A stretch of DNA of 64,000 bases from Candidatus Hodarchaeota archaeon. Lineage in GTDB: Archaea; Asgardarchaeota; Heimdallarchaeia; Hodarchaeales; Hodarchaeaceae. This document shows positions 1 through 9,756 of the stretch, in pieces (position 1 is the first letter of the stretch; every line of letters starts with the position of its first letter). The notes beneath the pieces were generated by a model. The model did no database searches, was not told the DNA's origin, and saw nothing but the letters and a program-made list of their open reading frames with translations. Location: assembly GCA_016839815.1 (NCBI GenBank), contig JAEOTM010000060.1, forward strand, positions 27,738-91,737, written 5' to 3'. Made by a program: the position numbers and the translations under genes.

Positions 1-591
1 TATGAAATCTTTTTAGCTGGTGTTGGTGGTCAAGGAATTCTTTCTGTTACGGATATTCTTTGTAAAGCTGCTGTTGAAACGGGTTTTTCTGTCCGTGGTT
101 CAGAAACTCATGGTATGTCACAGAGGGGTGGAAGTGTATTTGCGAATGTTAGATTTGGGGATATCCATTCGCCATTGATTATGGAGCGGACAGCTGATAT
201 TCTTGTCGCTTTTGAACCAGCTGAAGCGTTGAGATATGCCCAATTTGTGAAATCAGATGGATATTGCCTTGTTAATAAGCACCCAATTCCCAGTCCTAGT
301 TTTATATTATCAAAAGAAACCTATCCAGAAATAAAAGTAATTCTTAACCAGCTACATCGTTATTCGGAACATGTTTTTTCTCTAAATGCTACCCAAGCTG
401 CAACTGAGCTTGGAAGACCAATAATACAAAATATTATCATGTTAGGATCATTATCTGCTGTTCCTGATCTTCCACTATCTGATTCGGCCTTGAGATTAGC
501 ATTAAAAAAGCAGTTTAAACCCCAGTTCTATGATCTGAATCTACAAGCTTATCAGCTAGGGCGTTCTAAGTTCGAAGAATTCTTGAATTGA
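1..591 (+). CDS. iorB: Indolepyruvate:ferredoxin oxidoreductase beta subunit (5'-partial)
   Basis: Frame 1 is open from base 1: YEIFLAGVGGQGIL...SETHGMSQRGGSV...ADILVAFEPAEALRY...NIIMLG, the IorB signature motifs. The real start lies upstream of the window. Confidence 0.93.
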   Translation, partial: YEIFLAGVGGQGILSVTDILCKAAVETGFSVRGSETHGMSQRGGSVFANVRFGDIHSPLIMERTADILVAFEPAEALRYAQFVKSDGYCLVNKHPIPSPSFILSKETYPEIKVILNQLHRYSEHVFSLNATQAATELGRPIIQNIIMLGSLSAVPDLPLSDSALRLALKKQFKPQFYDLNLQAYQLGRSKFEEFLN

Positions 592-618
592 TGTTTAGAA
601 TCTCATTAGGCAAACAAA

Positions 619-1242
619 TCATTTATCCAAATACAATCTTTGCTCCCATTCATCCACTATTTCTAAAATATCCTCAAGATACTTTACCTTCCCCATCTGG
701 ATTTTTCGATTATATGATGCAATGTCGTAGAGTAACCTCGAAGATTGACTGGTCTCTGATAGCACATCACGGAATTGTTCTATGAATTCAGGAATTCTTT
801 CTGGTGATTTATCCCAGAAACGGGCAAGATTTTCACGTAAAGCTTGAATTAATATTCTTAAATCTCCTGCTTCTGATACAGATAATGAAGTTAACGTTTT
901 ATCTTGAATTCTTTCCTTAATCTGTTCTATGAGACGATTTGCAGCTTCTGTTCGATTTTTCACTTTTCCAGCATCAATCCATGATTCTACTACCACTTCA
1001 ATAAGCTGAAATAAAGCTAAATCCTCATTACCATAGATCTCAGGTAAATAATGGAATAAACCGAGTTTTGTGATGATTAATCTAAAATTAGCACTGACAT
1101 ATCGTTTTTCTCGCGAAGAGAATTTAATTCTCTTGAGTAAATCCCGAAAATCCTTCACATTTTTCCTCCCTGATTGATACTCGACTGTGAGATTTGGACG
1201 TATTTTTTCACAGACTTGATCTACAATTTTCACGTATATCAC
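619..1242 (-). CDS. Hypothetical alpha-helical protein (207 aa)
   Basis: Long ORF with protein-like composition and a GTG start; no family recognised. Confidence 0.7.
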   Translation of the reverse strand: MIYVKIVDQVCEKIRPNLTVEYQSGRKNVKDFRDLLKRIKFSSREKRYVSANFRLIITKLGLFHYLPEIYGNEDLALFQLIEVVVESWIDAGKVKNRTEAANRLIEQIKERIQDKTLTSLSVSEAGDLRILIQALRENLARFWDKSPERIPEFIEQFRDVLSETSQSSRLLYDIASYNRKIQMGKVKYLEDILEIVDEWEQRLYLDK

Positions 1243-1525
1243 CCAATCTATCTGGTTTAACCTGAATTCTTTGCTAGTTCTTACATAGAATCAGATAGTT
1301 GCCTAAATAAACCTTTTTATTTTCATTCATCAACAAAGAATTAGGTTTAGAGCGAAAGTTTTGGAAATGCTAGTTTAAATTCTTGTTGGTGTTCCAACAG
1401 AAGGTTTACTAGTGATTAAAATATGTAAAAAAGGAAAAATTGTGAGAATATCCACTTTAAGTGAATAAAAAATGATTATACCTGCATTACAACATGAATT
1501 TCAAGTTAGGGGTTTCTAACCGACG

Positions 1526-1804
1526 CTATTTCTTTACAATGGTGATTTCGATAGCGCTAACATTTGATAGATTCCCCTCACGAGTTTCTATCTGTTCTGT
1601 ATCTATTTTAATATCTGTAACATCGACAAGATCTTTCATGAATCTCCGTCTTAAAACCTCTGCAACATCTACTGCTCGACTTATAGCTCTACCACGAGCT
1701 TTTAACACAATTGAATCGGCATCCCGATTAAATTGCGTCACACAAGCCATGACGTATGCAGTGACAGGTTTGTTTCCGATGAAAACCGTATTTTCCTCTG
1801 ACAT
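1526..1804 (-). CDS. albA: DNA/RNA-binding chromatin protein Alba
   Basis: [24 protein letters not shown] and SNVSAIEI motifs. Start moved to the ATG at 1804 (MSEEN), which is preceded by an AAGGAG Shine-Dalgarno-like sequence. Confidence 0.96.
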   Translation of the reverse strand: MSEENTVFIGNKPVTAYVMACVTQFNRDADSIVLKARGRAISRAVDVAEVLRRRFMKDLVDVTDIKIDTEQIETREGNLSNVSAIEITIVKK

Positions 1805-1988
1805 TTTCGATTTACTCCTTGTTCCTGTAAGTAAATTGTTAAGTCTGTGAATCACTGAGATTTTGTTATTCCATATTTCCTCTTTCTAATGACTTGAAAA
1901 ACTTTGCGAATAGGCCTTAACTCCCTAGGATTTGTGATCATCAATTATGGTTACTAGGTAGATGAAAACAATTAATCAGTTGTAACCG

Positions 1989-2621
1989 TTAAAGGGGGTC
2001 GTCTTGGATACCAGTAAAATACCCAAATAGATTTGCAGCAATGTGAGTTAAAAAAGTAATTGGAACCAAGAATGCTAACCATAATGGGGGACAAGGAATA
2101 ATGGGATAAATAAATACCATGCCTAGAACAAGAAAACCAAGTTGGTCAAGGAAGATGAAGGTTTTTCCGCGAGGAATACCGCTTCTACGTTTTATAAACG
2201 AGCCTACCATGTCTCCAGTCATCCCTCCAAGAGTCGAAATTCCTCCTGTAACTCCTCCTAAGACTAATGAATTCGCTAGGACATCAGCTAGGTTCAGAAA
2301 GGATAAAAGTGGGTAAATTATACTTGATTCATAGAATTCCTGATATTCAAGTCTAATATCAATTGGTGGATTTCCAAAAATTACTCCATCAAATGAATTA
2401 ATAATCCAAGCGAGGAGAACTCCAATAATTATTCCTACTAGGACTGCAAGCCAAAATCCTCTGATTGTCTTTCCATCTCCTAAAATACGTTTTCCATCCT
2501 TCCAATAGCGGCCTCCGTCGATAGGAGGACCTCCTCCCAAAATCGTTGGTGCTGCGTTACCAAAATATAAAGGTAATACGAAAACGAGAATATCAAAGAT
2601 TATTTGTCCAAGTTCGGCCAT
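1989..2621 (-). CDS. carS: CDP-archaeol synthase
   Basis: NAAP..GG.PID.G, DGKRILGDGKT.RG and GD..GSFIKRR.G..RG....LDQL motifs; multiple TM segments. Confidence 0.93.
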   Translation of the reverse strand: MAELGQIIFDILVFVLPLYFGNAAPTILGGGPPIDGGRYWKDGKRILGDGKTIRGFWLAVLVGIIIGVLLAWIINSFDGVIFGNPPIDIRLEYQEFYESSIIYPLLSFLNLADVLANSLVLGGVTGGISTLGGMTGDMVGSFIKRRSGIPRGKTFIFLDQLGFLVLGMVFIYPIIPCPPLWLAFLVPITFLTHIAANLFGYFTGIQDDPL

Positions 2622-2819
2622 TAAGTAACATTTCCAGCATTCATCTGAACGGTCTGAATGACAATGTTTAGTAACATTGAGTTATAGGGAGATAAAGGCA
2701 AATTTTGTCAAATATGTACTTTTTATTAAATTAAAGTGATTTGAACATCCACTCTGAGTGTTGGTACAAGAGGAATGCTAATTGTATAAACATCTTTTTC
2801 CTAAAGTGCGAATAATGGT

Positions 2820-3341
2820 TTATGGATATCTAATAAAAATCCTTTCATGATCACCAATAATTTCATCCCTTGTCAGATAGAATATAATATTCTGTTTTCT
2901 GTCATTAATTGTGAAAAGGGATTTTGATTCAACTTTAAGGATAATCCCGTTCGTAAACCAACATGAAATCGCTGAATGAGGAATTTGTTCGGGTTTAGCG
3001 TACAGGTGAACCTCATTAGTAGACGTATTACTCATTCGATATGGTGTGGAAGAAACTTGAAAGCTTAAAATAGGGAAGAGGGGATCATCCTCACGAAAAG
3101 CCAAAAATGTTGAGTTTATTTCCATTCGAATCAAACGTTGATTAATATGCAAAGTATCTTCATCAATAAATCGCTGTAGATTCTGTTGGATCGAATCCAT
3201 TTCCCCTTGGAGAGCGCCTGTTTTCATTAAGTTATAGTAAATCTTCGAGGAATCATAATAATGAAAGAACATAGATTGAGTGATCTGGTTCTTTCCTAAA
3301 GAGAAATAAGTTTCTGCAAAGATTGGCTTCTCCCGTTTCAT
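2820..3341 (-). CDS. Hypothetical protein, probably of a conserved archaeal family (173 aa)
   Basis: YYD...Y..L, NLQ.FIDED...IN and IG..E.I pattern recalls an uncharacterised archaeal family. Confidence 0.65.
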   Translation of the reverse strand: MKREKPIFAETYFSLGKNQITQSMFFHYYDSSKIYYNLMKTGALQGEMDSIQQNLQRFIDEDTLHINQRLIRMEINSTFLAFREDDPLFPILSFQVSSTPYRMSNTSTNEVHLYAKPEQIPHSAISCWFTNGIILKVESKSLFTINDRKQNIIFYLTRDEIIGDHERIFIRYP

Positions 3342-3414
3342 TTATTAGTCCCTGCGTACTCTCATAAATTAATCTCTTAATATATACTTTGGATAATTTT
3401 GGAGTAGATCTTGT

Positions 3415-4467
3415 ATGAAAGAGCTTCCTGAAGGGAAAATTCCCTGGGATATTCTATCAAACCTTGTAAAACTACGAGGATATCAGAATACTTATGGGAT
3501 TGTTCAAGAAGCAGCGCCTGGTATTGATATCGCAACTCTAAACCTCCAAGAAATTGCAGAATATATTCAAGAGTACTATAACACCACTGAAATACCGTTG
3601 TTAATTTATAAGGCAGATCCAATAACTTTTCCTACACCTAATCCTGCAAAATATCTTATCATAGTGAATATGAATGATTTAGCCACTTGTGGAGCAATTC
3701 CTTATGGAATTACGATCACTGTACTCCTCCCCCCGGGAACATCTGATGAATTCGTACTTGGTTTCCAAAAGGAGTTATCAACCATCTGCGAGAAGAAGAG
3801 AATAGCAATCTTAGGAGGCCATAGTGAGGTGACCTCAAGTGTCTTATCCCCAGTTTATTCTGCAAGTATGATTGGTTTTGTACCACCAAAATATTATATA
3901 CCACGGAATCCCAGACCTGGGGATGTAATCATTTGTTCTGGTTGGGTAGCGGCTGAAGGAACGGGTATCTTACTTACAGAAGATACAGAATACTTTTCAA
4001 AACTTTTATCTGAAGAAGAAATCGATGAAGGTATTGATATTGGTGGGTGTATTTCGATATCAGAGAAAGTACTTTCTCTAAATAGTAGATATCATGATGC
4101 TTTAAATCTAGTTCATGATGCGACAGAAGGTGGTGTATATGGAGCATTATTCGAATGTCTTGAACCCTTAAATCTGGGGTGTGAGATTGATTCCTCTAAA
4201 ATACCAATTTCTCCAATTACACAGAAAATCACCCAGCATCTCGGAATTAATCCTCATAAATTAATCTCTTCAGGGTCCTTTCTTTTAGTTTGTACCCCCA
4301 ACATGGCTTCCGAGATCATTCAGTACTTGGACGAGATTTCAAGTGAGCCAAATCGAATAATTGGATTGGTTACTCAGAAGGGTGATCCCTTGAATTTCGA
4401 CGGTCAAAAAATGCATCCACCGAAGTCTGATGATCTTATTAAAGGTTTAACTCGAATGAAAGAATAG
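3415..4467 (+). CDS. AIR-synthase (PurM/HypE/ThiL) superfamily protein
   Basis: GK.P, DPITF, N.NDLA..GA.P, GGHSEVT and HDATEGG motifs. Confidence 0.88.
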   Translation: MKELPEGKIPWDILSNLVKLRGYQNTYGIVQEAAPGIDIATLNLQEIAEYIQEYYNTTEIPLLIYKADPITFPTPNPAKYLIIVNMNDLATCGAIPYGITITVLLPPGTSDEFVLGFQKELSTICEKKRIAILGGHSEVTSSVLSPVYSASMIGFVPPKYYIPRNPRPGDVIICSGWVAAEGTGILLTEDTEYFSKLLSEEEIDEGIDIGGCISISEKVLSLNSRYHDALNLVHDATEGGVYGALFECLEPLNLGCEIDSSKIPISPITQKITQHLGINPHKLISSGSFLLVCTPNMASEIIQYLDEISSEPNRIIGLVTQKGDPLNFDGQKMHPPKSDDLIKGLTRMKE

Positions 4468-4468
4468 A

Positions 4469-5563
4469 TTAGACAGAAATTTCGTTCCTAACTCCATATG
4501 ATTGCTGAGTGATGTAACTCTTTCCGTAGGGGATTAATTTTTCGTGGATTTTGAGTGCACTTGCGAAAGAGTCTGCTAAAGCAAACATACATCCACCAAA
4601 TCCAGCACCTGTGATTTTTGCCCCGAGTGCTCCAGCAGCTCGAGCAATTTTGCACATTCTATCAATTTTCGGGTGTGAAACACGATAACAATCACTCAAG
4701 AATTGATGTTGTTCGTTAAGTAACAATCCAAGAGTATTTAAATCAGTATTTGGCGACTTAAACTCTTTCAAGGCTTTTTGTGTATTGTCTCTGACACCTA
4801 TGACTCCTTCTATTAATTTCTGGTCCTGTTGTGATACTCTTTTGTACGTATGGGTAGTATCAGAAAATTCTGCCAAATTTCTTACGTCAAACTCTTCTAA
4901 AGCTTTGAAAATCTTTCCTTGAATGTGTTTTAACGGGATATCAGCCTGACGGGGAATTTCTGAATCACCGATTACAAAAAATGAATTTTCTGGAAGATTT
5001 AAAGGAGTAAATCTCACATTTTCTGATGTAGTCAGATGAAAGACTCCTCCAAAGGCAGAGCTCGTCTGATCCATTCTCCCACACGATACTCTAAGTATGT
5101 CGTGTTCTACAATATAGGCTGTATCTGCAATCGCTTCTACTGTTAATTCTTTCTGTAAAATGATATTAGCTACTAAAAAAACAGTTGATACTATCAATGC
5201 AGCTGAAGAAGAGAGGCCTGACTTAATCGGTATAGTACTTTGTATTTTAACATTACTGGGTAACGATTTTTTCGATATGGAGTTCTGATAGTAATTAAAA
5301 ACAGCTTTAATATAGTCAAAGGGACTACCTGATAGTTTCTGGATATCTTTATGTTCAATTATTTCCGTAAGAGAAAGTGATCCACTACTGATTTTGAGGT
5401 TTGATTTCTCGGGATCTATTGTAAAGATGAGTTTTAGTCTTCGATTTATTGCCATTGGAATGACTGGAAGACCAAGATAATCTTGATGCTCTCCAAACAA
5501 ACAAATTCGTCCAGGACTACTTATTATGCCAGTAGTTTTCCTCGAATTCTGTATGTTAACCAT
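4469..5563 (-). CDS. galK: Galactokinase-like GHMP kinase
   Basis: PGRICLFGEHQDY, PIKSGLSSSAA, CGRMDQ and GAKITGAGFGGC motifs. Confidence 0.88.
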   Translation of the reverse strand: MVNIQNSRKTTGIISSPGRICLFGEHQDYLGLPVIPMAINRRLKLIFTIDPEKSNLKISSGSLSLTEIIEHKDIQKLSGSPFDYIKAVFNYYQNSISKKSLPSNVKIQSTIPIKSGLSSSAALIVSTVFLVANIILQKELTVEAIADTAYIVEHDILRVSCGRMDQTSSAFGGVFHLTTSENVRFTPLNLPENSFFVIGDSEIPRQADIPLKHIQGKIFKALEEFDVRNLAEFSDTTHTYKRVSQQDQKLIEGVIGVRDNTQKALKEFKSPNTDLNTLGLLLNEQHQFLSDCYRVSHPKIDRMCKIARAAGALGAKITGAGFGGCMFALADSFASALKIHEKLIPYGKSYITQQSYGVRNEISV

Positions 5564-5760
5564 AATTTCATTCTCTTCGCGGTTTTAAGCTTCAACAAAC
5601 TATGATCTAGAGTTTAGAATTATCTCATAAGTTATTTCAAATATTTTACTAGAGATCATGAATTATTCATCCAAGTAATTCCAATTTAACACCATTATAC
5701 TTGGATTCTAGGGTGATCTAATAGTTTTTATTCTATTCTCAAAAATGATATCTTGAGATC

Positions 5761-6105
5761 ATGGCAATCGCAAAATCCTTTCAAGAATCCTCTACTCATT
5801 TGTTAGAAGAGGATGTTATTCGAATAAATTTGGATCCGCTAATATTGGCAATGTTCACTGCTTTTGCTAGAGTATTAACTAGCAGAGATATAGCCTTGAA
5901 TGTCGCCAATCTATTGTCTGAATTGAATTTAGTGATTCCTGAAAATTTGAATTCAGAAATTATGGAATCCTTGAAAAATTTGGCTTCAAACAAATTTCTA
6001 TATTCTAAAAACGGAGAATACTTACTTACAAAGTTAGGCGGAAGGTATGGAAAAAGTGCATTACATGATTTTCGTGAGTCAGTACCCGAGTTCTTCAAAA
6101 ATTGA
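5761..6105 (+). CDS. Small winged-helix-like protein
   Basis: C-terminal SLKNLASNKFL...GEYLLTKLG resembles a recognition helix plus wing. Confidence 0.55.
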   Translation: MAIAKSFQESSTHLLEEDVIRINLDPLILAMFTAFARVLTSRDIALNVANLLSELNLVIPENLNSEIMESLKNLASNKFLYSKNGEYLLTKLGGRYGKSALHDFRESVPEFFKN

Positions 6106-6204
6106 TGCCTGTGTTTTTTTAATTACTCGGGCTATAGTAGGTAGTCACCACTAAATTCATAAAACAAAACTCAGACAAACGATTATAGATCTGATCTTTG
6201 ACAA

Positions 6205-7068
6205 GTGATGAAGATGACTCTTGAAATTAAGGTAGATGATTTAGATTTATTTACAAAGGTTCTAAATGCAACAGCTACAGTATTAGAAGATGAAGGAACT
6301 TTTGTTATTACCCCTAAAGATGGAATGACACTTAGAAATATGGACAAACCAAGATTTGCAATGGTTGACCTGAAAATTAAACCTGAATATTTCCATGGGG
6401 ATTTCAAATGTGATAAAGAATACAAGATATCGATACAGATGCAAGATTTAAAGAAAATCTTGCAAAGAGGTGGAAAAGAGGATAGTTTGACAATTACTCT
6501 CGATGAAGGAAAAAATCTTCTAAATTTTACGTTTGAAGGGCGTGTAAAGCGCCAATTTATTCTTCCGTTATCAGAACCAGAGGAAAGTACACTTCCTGAT
6601 CCCAATGCACTAAAATATGATATTAAAGCAGTATTATTTAGTGGTTCACTCACAGAATTTATAAAAGATGCATCAATCATCGGTGGAAGTATCAATTTGT
6701 ATGCAGAATCAAACAAAATGATATTTAGCAGTTCACAGGATAATAGAGAGGTTAAAATCGAAATTGATGCTCAATCAGAAAATTCTGCAGCAAAGCTTAT
6801 TGAAGCTGAGGGAAAACATGAAGCATTATATTCAATCGATTCATTTAAAAACCTTATTTTAGTCGATCAAGCCTTTTCGGAGGTTCAACTTACGTTTACG
6901 TCAGTAAGGCCTCTTCATCTCCTCTATACTGATGCTCGTGGTATTGAACTTGGGTATTTGTTAGCTCCCATGCAACCAGATCTGGAAGATGAACTTGAAG
7001 GTGCATCATCTGAAGATGATTATGACGATGATGAATATGATGATGAATACGACGATGAAGAAGATTAA
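6205..7068 (+). CDS. pcn: PCNA sliding clamp with a long acidic C-terminal tail
   Basis: E..F.I...G..L..MD..R..MVDL.I....F, LKKILQRG...D.L, A.YS...F and YLLAP motifs; adjacent to rfcS/rfcL. Confidence 0.93.
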   Translation: MMKMTLEIKVDDLDLFTKVLNATATVLEDEGTFVITPKDGMTLRNMDKPRFAMVDLKIKPEYFHGDFKCDKEYKISIQMQDLKKILQRGGKEDSLTITLDEGKNLLNFTFEGRVKRQFILPLSEPEESTLPDPNALKYDIKAVLFSGSLTEFIKDASIIGGSINLYAESNKMIFSSSQDNREVKIEIDAQSENSAAKLIEAEGKHEALYSIDSFKNLILVDQAFSEVQLTFTSVRPLHLLYTDARGIELGYLLAPMQPDLEDELEGASSEDDYDDDEYDDEYDDEED

Positions 7069-7122
7069 ACTGTCGTTTTCTCTCACCCCACTTTTTTAGT
7101 CTTTTGATGTTTGTGATCAAAT

Positions 7123-8103
7123 TTGGTTACCACAGAACGAATGTGGACGGAATACTTTCGTCCAAAAACTCTAGATGACGTTGTTGGTCAACAAGAGATT
7201 GTTAACCGATTAAAACAACTTGTTACACAAGCTGACTTTCCTCATATGTTATTCTCAGGTCCCCCAGGGATCGGGAAGACCACATCAGCGGAAGCTGTGA
7301 TTCATGAGGTATTTTCATCTTCTCAACGTGCTGCTAATGTTAAACGTCTTAATGCCTCCGATGATCGTGGTATAAATGTCGTTCGGGAGGATATCAAAAA
7401 TTTTGCACGTGTATTACCATCAGGAGGAGCTAGGTTCAAGCTCATCATTCTTGATGAGGCTGATCAAATGACAAGTGAAGCTCAACACGCTTTAAGACGA
7501 ACTATGGAAACTTATAACGAGATAACACGCTTTATTTTGATCTGCAACTACAGTTCAAAGATAATATCTCCAATTCAATCTAGATGTGCAATATTTCGAT
7601 TTAAAGGACTGAAAAAAGAAGAAGTCATCTCACGATTGCGTTTCATCGCTTCAGATAAAGGCTTGAAGATTAATAAAAGTGGTTTAGAAGCTCTATATGA
7701 TAGTTCAGGGGGGGATATGAGACAGGCAATCAATGCCCTACAAGCTGCAGCTTCTTTAACTAAAGATGTTACAGACAAAGTTGTTTTCCAAGTTCAGGGA
7801 TACATTAAACCAGCTGAATTAGCAGATATTATTTTCCACTGTATCGGGTCTAAACCAAATTTCAGTCTTGCACGAAAAAAAGTGGTAACTTTAATGGAAT
7901 CTTATGGACTTTCTGGTCAGGATCTAGTTAAACAATTCAATAGTCAACTAAGCACTCTTCCTGAAGAGGAGCTCCCAGGTTCTATTCGTTATGAAGCATT
8001 AGCGATGCTTTCTGATGTTGATTATCGTTTAGCATCAGGATGTAATCCTCTTGTTCAATTTGATGCATTTCTTGCTAAATTAATAGCTTTATCACAGTCC
8101 TGA
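7123..8103 (+). CDS. rfcS: Replication factor C small subunit
   Basis: WTEYFRP, GPPGIGKT, LNASDDRGI, LDEAD, SRC and GDMR motifs; no intein. Confidence 0.97.
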   Translation: MVTTERMWTEYFRPKTLDDVVGQQEIVNRLKQLVTQADFPHMLFSGPPGIGKTTSAEAVIHEVFSSSQRAANVKRLNASDDRGINVVREDIKNFARVLPSGGARFKLIILDEADQMTSEAQHALRRTMETYNEITRFILICNYSSKIISPIQSRCAIFRFKGLKKEEVISRLRFIASDKGLKINKSGLEALYDSSGGDMRQAINALQAAASLTKDVTDKVVFQVQGYIKPAELADIIFHCIGSKPNFSLARKKVVTLMESYGLSGQDLVKQFNSQLSTLPEEELPGSIRYEALAMLSDVDYRLASGCNPLVQFDAFLAKLIALSQS

Positions 8104-8113
8104 GGTAATATCA

Positions 8114-9736
8114 TTGGTCTCTTGGACGCACAAGTATGCGCCCCAAAATCGATCCGAAGTTGTTGGCAATAATACAAGCGTAAATTCAATCATTGGCTAT
8201 TTAAATCGATTTAGGAATGCAAAACTAAGAACAAGAGGTACTAAAAACGCTTTACTTCTTTTCGGCCCTCCAGGGATTGGAAAAACAAGCTCTGTTCTCG
8301 CCATTGCAAAATCTCTAAATTTTGACGTTGTAGTTGTCAATGCCAGTGATAAACGAAACAAAGCTTCTCTTCAAACTGTGAAAAACGCTTCTTTGTTCAG
8401 TTCCTTAGAGGAAAGTCTAAGCGAGAAAATTATTGGCCAAATCCTTCTTATAGATGAGGTAGATGGATTAAGTGGAAGTGCTGATCGTGGGGGTATACGG
8501 GAGATTGTTGAAATAATCAAATCAACACGAGTACCGATTATACTGACGGCAAATGATATTTCAAATCAAAAATTCAAAACTCTTCGTACACACTGCGAAC
8601 TAAGTAGATTCGACTCACCTGAAGAGAATGAAATTCTAAAAATCCTAAAAAGAATTGCATCAGCCGAATCGATATCAGTTTCAGATAAAGTTCTCTTTGC
8701 GATTATTGAGAATAGTAATCATGATATTAGAGGTTCGATAAACTCATTACAAACATTGTCTGGGGGTAGAAATGAAATTACAGAGGAAGATTTATCGATT
8801 TTATCATATCGAGATACATCGGTTGATATCCGAGAATTTCTCAGAAGTATTTTTATTGAGCGAGATGGAGAAAAAGCGTATCGACAGACACGTGTTCTTA
8901 CTGATGTGGATTATAACAAGTTACTATTGTTATTACGAGATGTCACTGCAAGAATTATTGGACAAGATGATTATCAACAGCTATCCAATGTGTATTCTCT
9001 CTTAGCAAAGGCAGATCTTGCACTAACCCGTGCTTCCCGCCAAAGAATCTGGTCACAGCTCTATTATTACTACTTTCATGTCACTAAAGGTTTAACAGCT
9101 CTTCTTCCACAAGTTGACTATCTACCTCCCTTCCAAGATTGGCAACTTCAAGTTCCACAATTCTGGATCACTCTCTCAAGGCAGAGAAGGGGAAAGAATA
9201 TTGGATTAAAAGTAGGGCAATCCTGCTTGGTTTCAAGTAATATCGCCATTCGGGATATATTTCCATATCTTCGAGTAATTTTCAATAACGATGCAGAAAT
9301 GGCCGCAGACTTAGCAATAGAGTTTAAGTTGTTTGATCTTGAAGCAGGTAAACGAAAAACTAAGATTGTATGGAATAAGGAAATTGATTACTTTACTAAA
9401 GATCCAAGGATGAGTAAAGAAATTAAAAGCCTTATACGTAAAAAATTTCCACTTATTGAAAAGATACAAAGCCAAGATATTGACGAAAGTCTTCTACTTG
9501 AGATTCAGGAACAACAAGCAGCATTAAAAGCTTCTTATGTGTCCAAAAAGCCTTCATCGAAAATAAAAGAAAAACATACAAAATCAACAAGATCTCGTAA
9601 GCAAAAAAAGAAAATTCCAACTAAAAAATCCGATTCCAAACAAATCGAGCTTTTAGAAAAACCAAAAGAAGAAAAATCAAAGAAAAAGCGGAAAAAATCC
9701 AAACAAGCTCCGAAAACGTTAGCGGAGTTTTTCTAG
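8114..9736 (+). CDS. rfcL: Replication factor C large subunit
   Basis: WTHKYAP, GPPGIGKT, NASD.R and IDEVDG motifs; Lys-rich tail ending in the PIP-type TLAEFF. Confidence 0.95.
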   Translation: MVSWTHKYAPQNRSEVVGNNTSVNSIIGYLNRFRNAKLRTRGTKNALLLFGPPGIGKTSSVLAIAKSLNFDVVVVNASDKRNKASLQTVKNASLFSSLEESLSEKIIGQILLIDEVDGLSGSADRGGIREIVEIIKSTRVPIILTANDISNQKFKTLRTHCELSRFDSPEENEILKILKRIASAESISVSDKVLFAIIENSNHDIRGSINSLQTLSGGRNEITEEDLSILSYRDTSVDIREFLRSIFIERDGEKAYRQTRVLTDVDYNKLLLLLRDVTARIIGQDDYQQLSNVYSLLAKADLALTRASRQRIWSQLYYYYFHVTKGLTALLPQVDYLPPFQDWQLQVPQFWITLSRQRRGKNIGLKVGQSCLVSSNIAIRDIFPYLRVIFNNDAEMAADLAIEFKLFDLEAGKRKTKIVWNKEIDYFTKDPRMSKEIKSLIRKKFPLIEKIQSQDIDESLLLEIQEQQAALKASYVSKKPSSKIKEKHTKSTRSRKQKKKIPTKKSDSKQIELLEKPKEEKSKKKRKKSKQAPKTLAEFF

Positions 9737-9756
9737 AAAGAAAAATTACTATTAAA

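Noticed and set aside
619-1242. Weak NusB-like helix pattern (SSREKRYV...KLGLF)
   Set aside because: Too short and generic to support a family call.
3415-4467. Selenophosphate synthetase or selenocysteine recoding
   Set aside because: The protein lacks the SelD N-terminal Cys/Sec-x-x-Lys motif, and I saw no in-frame TGA interrupting a conserved domain in the window.
7013-7065. GAT/GAY trinucleotide-like repeat as a DNA repeat element
   Set aside because: Explained by coding for the acidic PCNA tail; synonymous positions vary.
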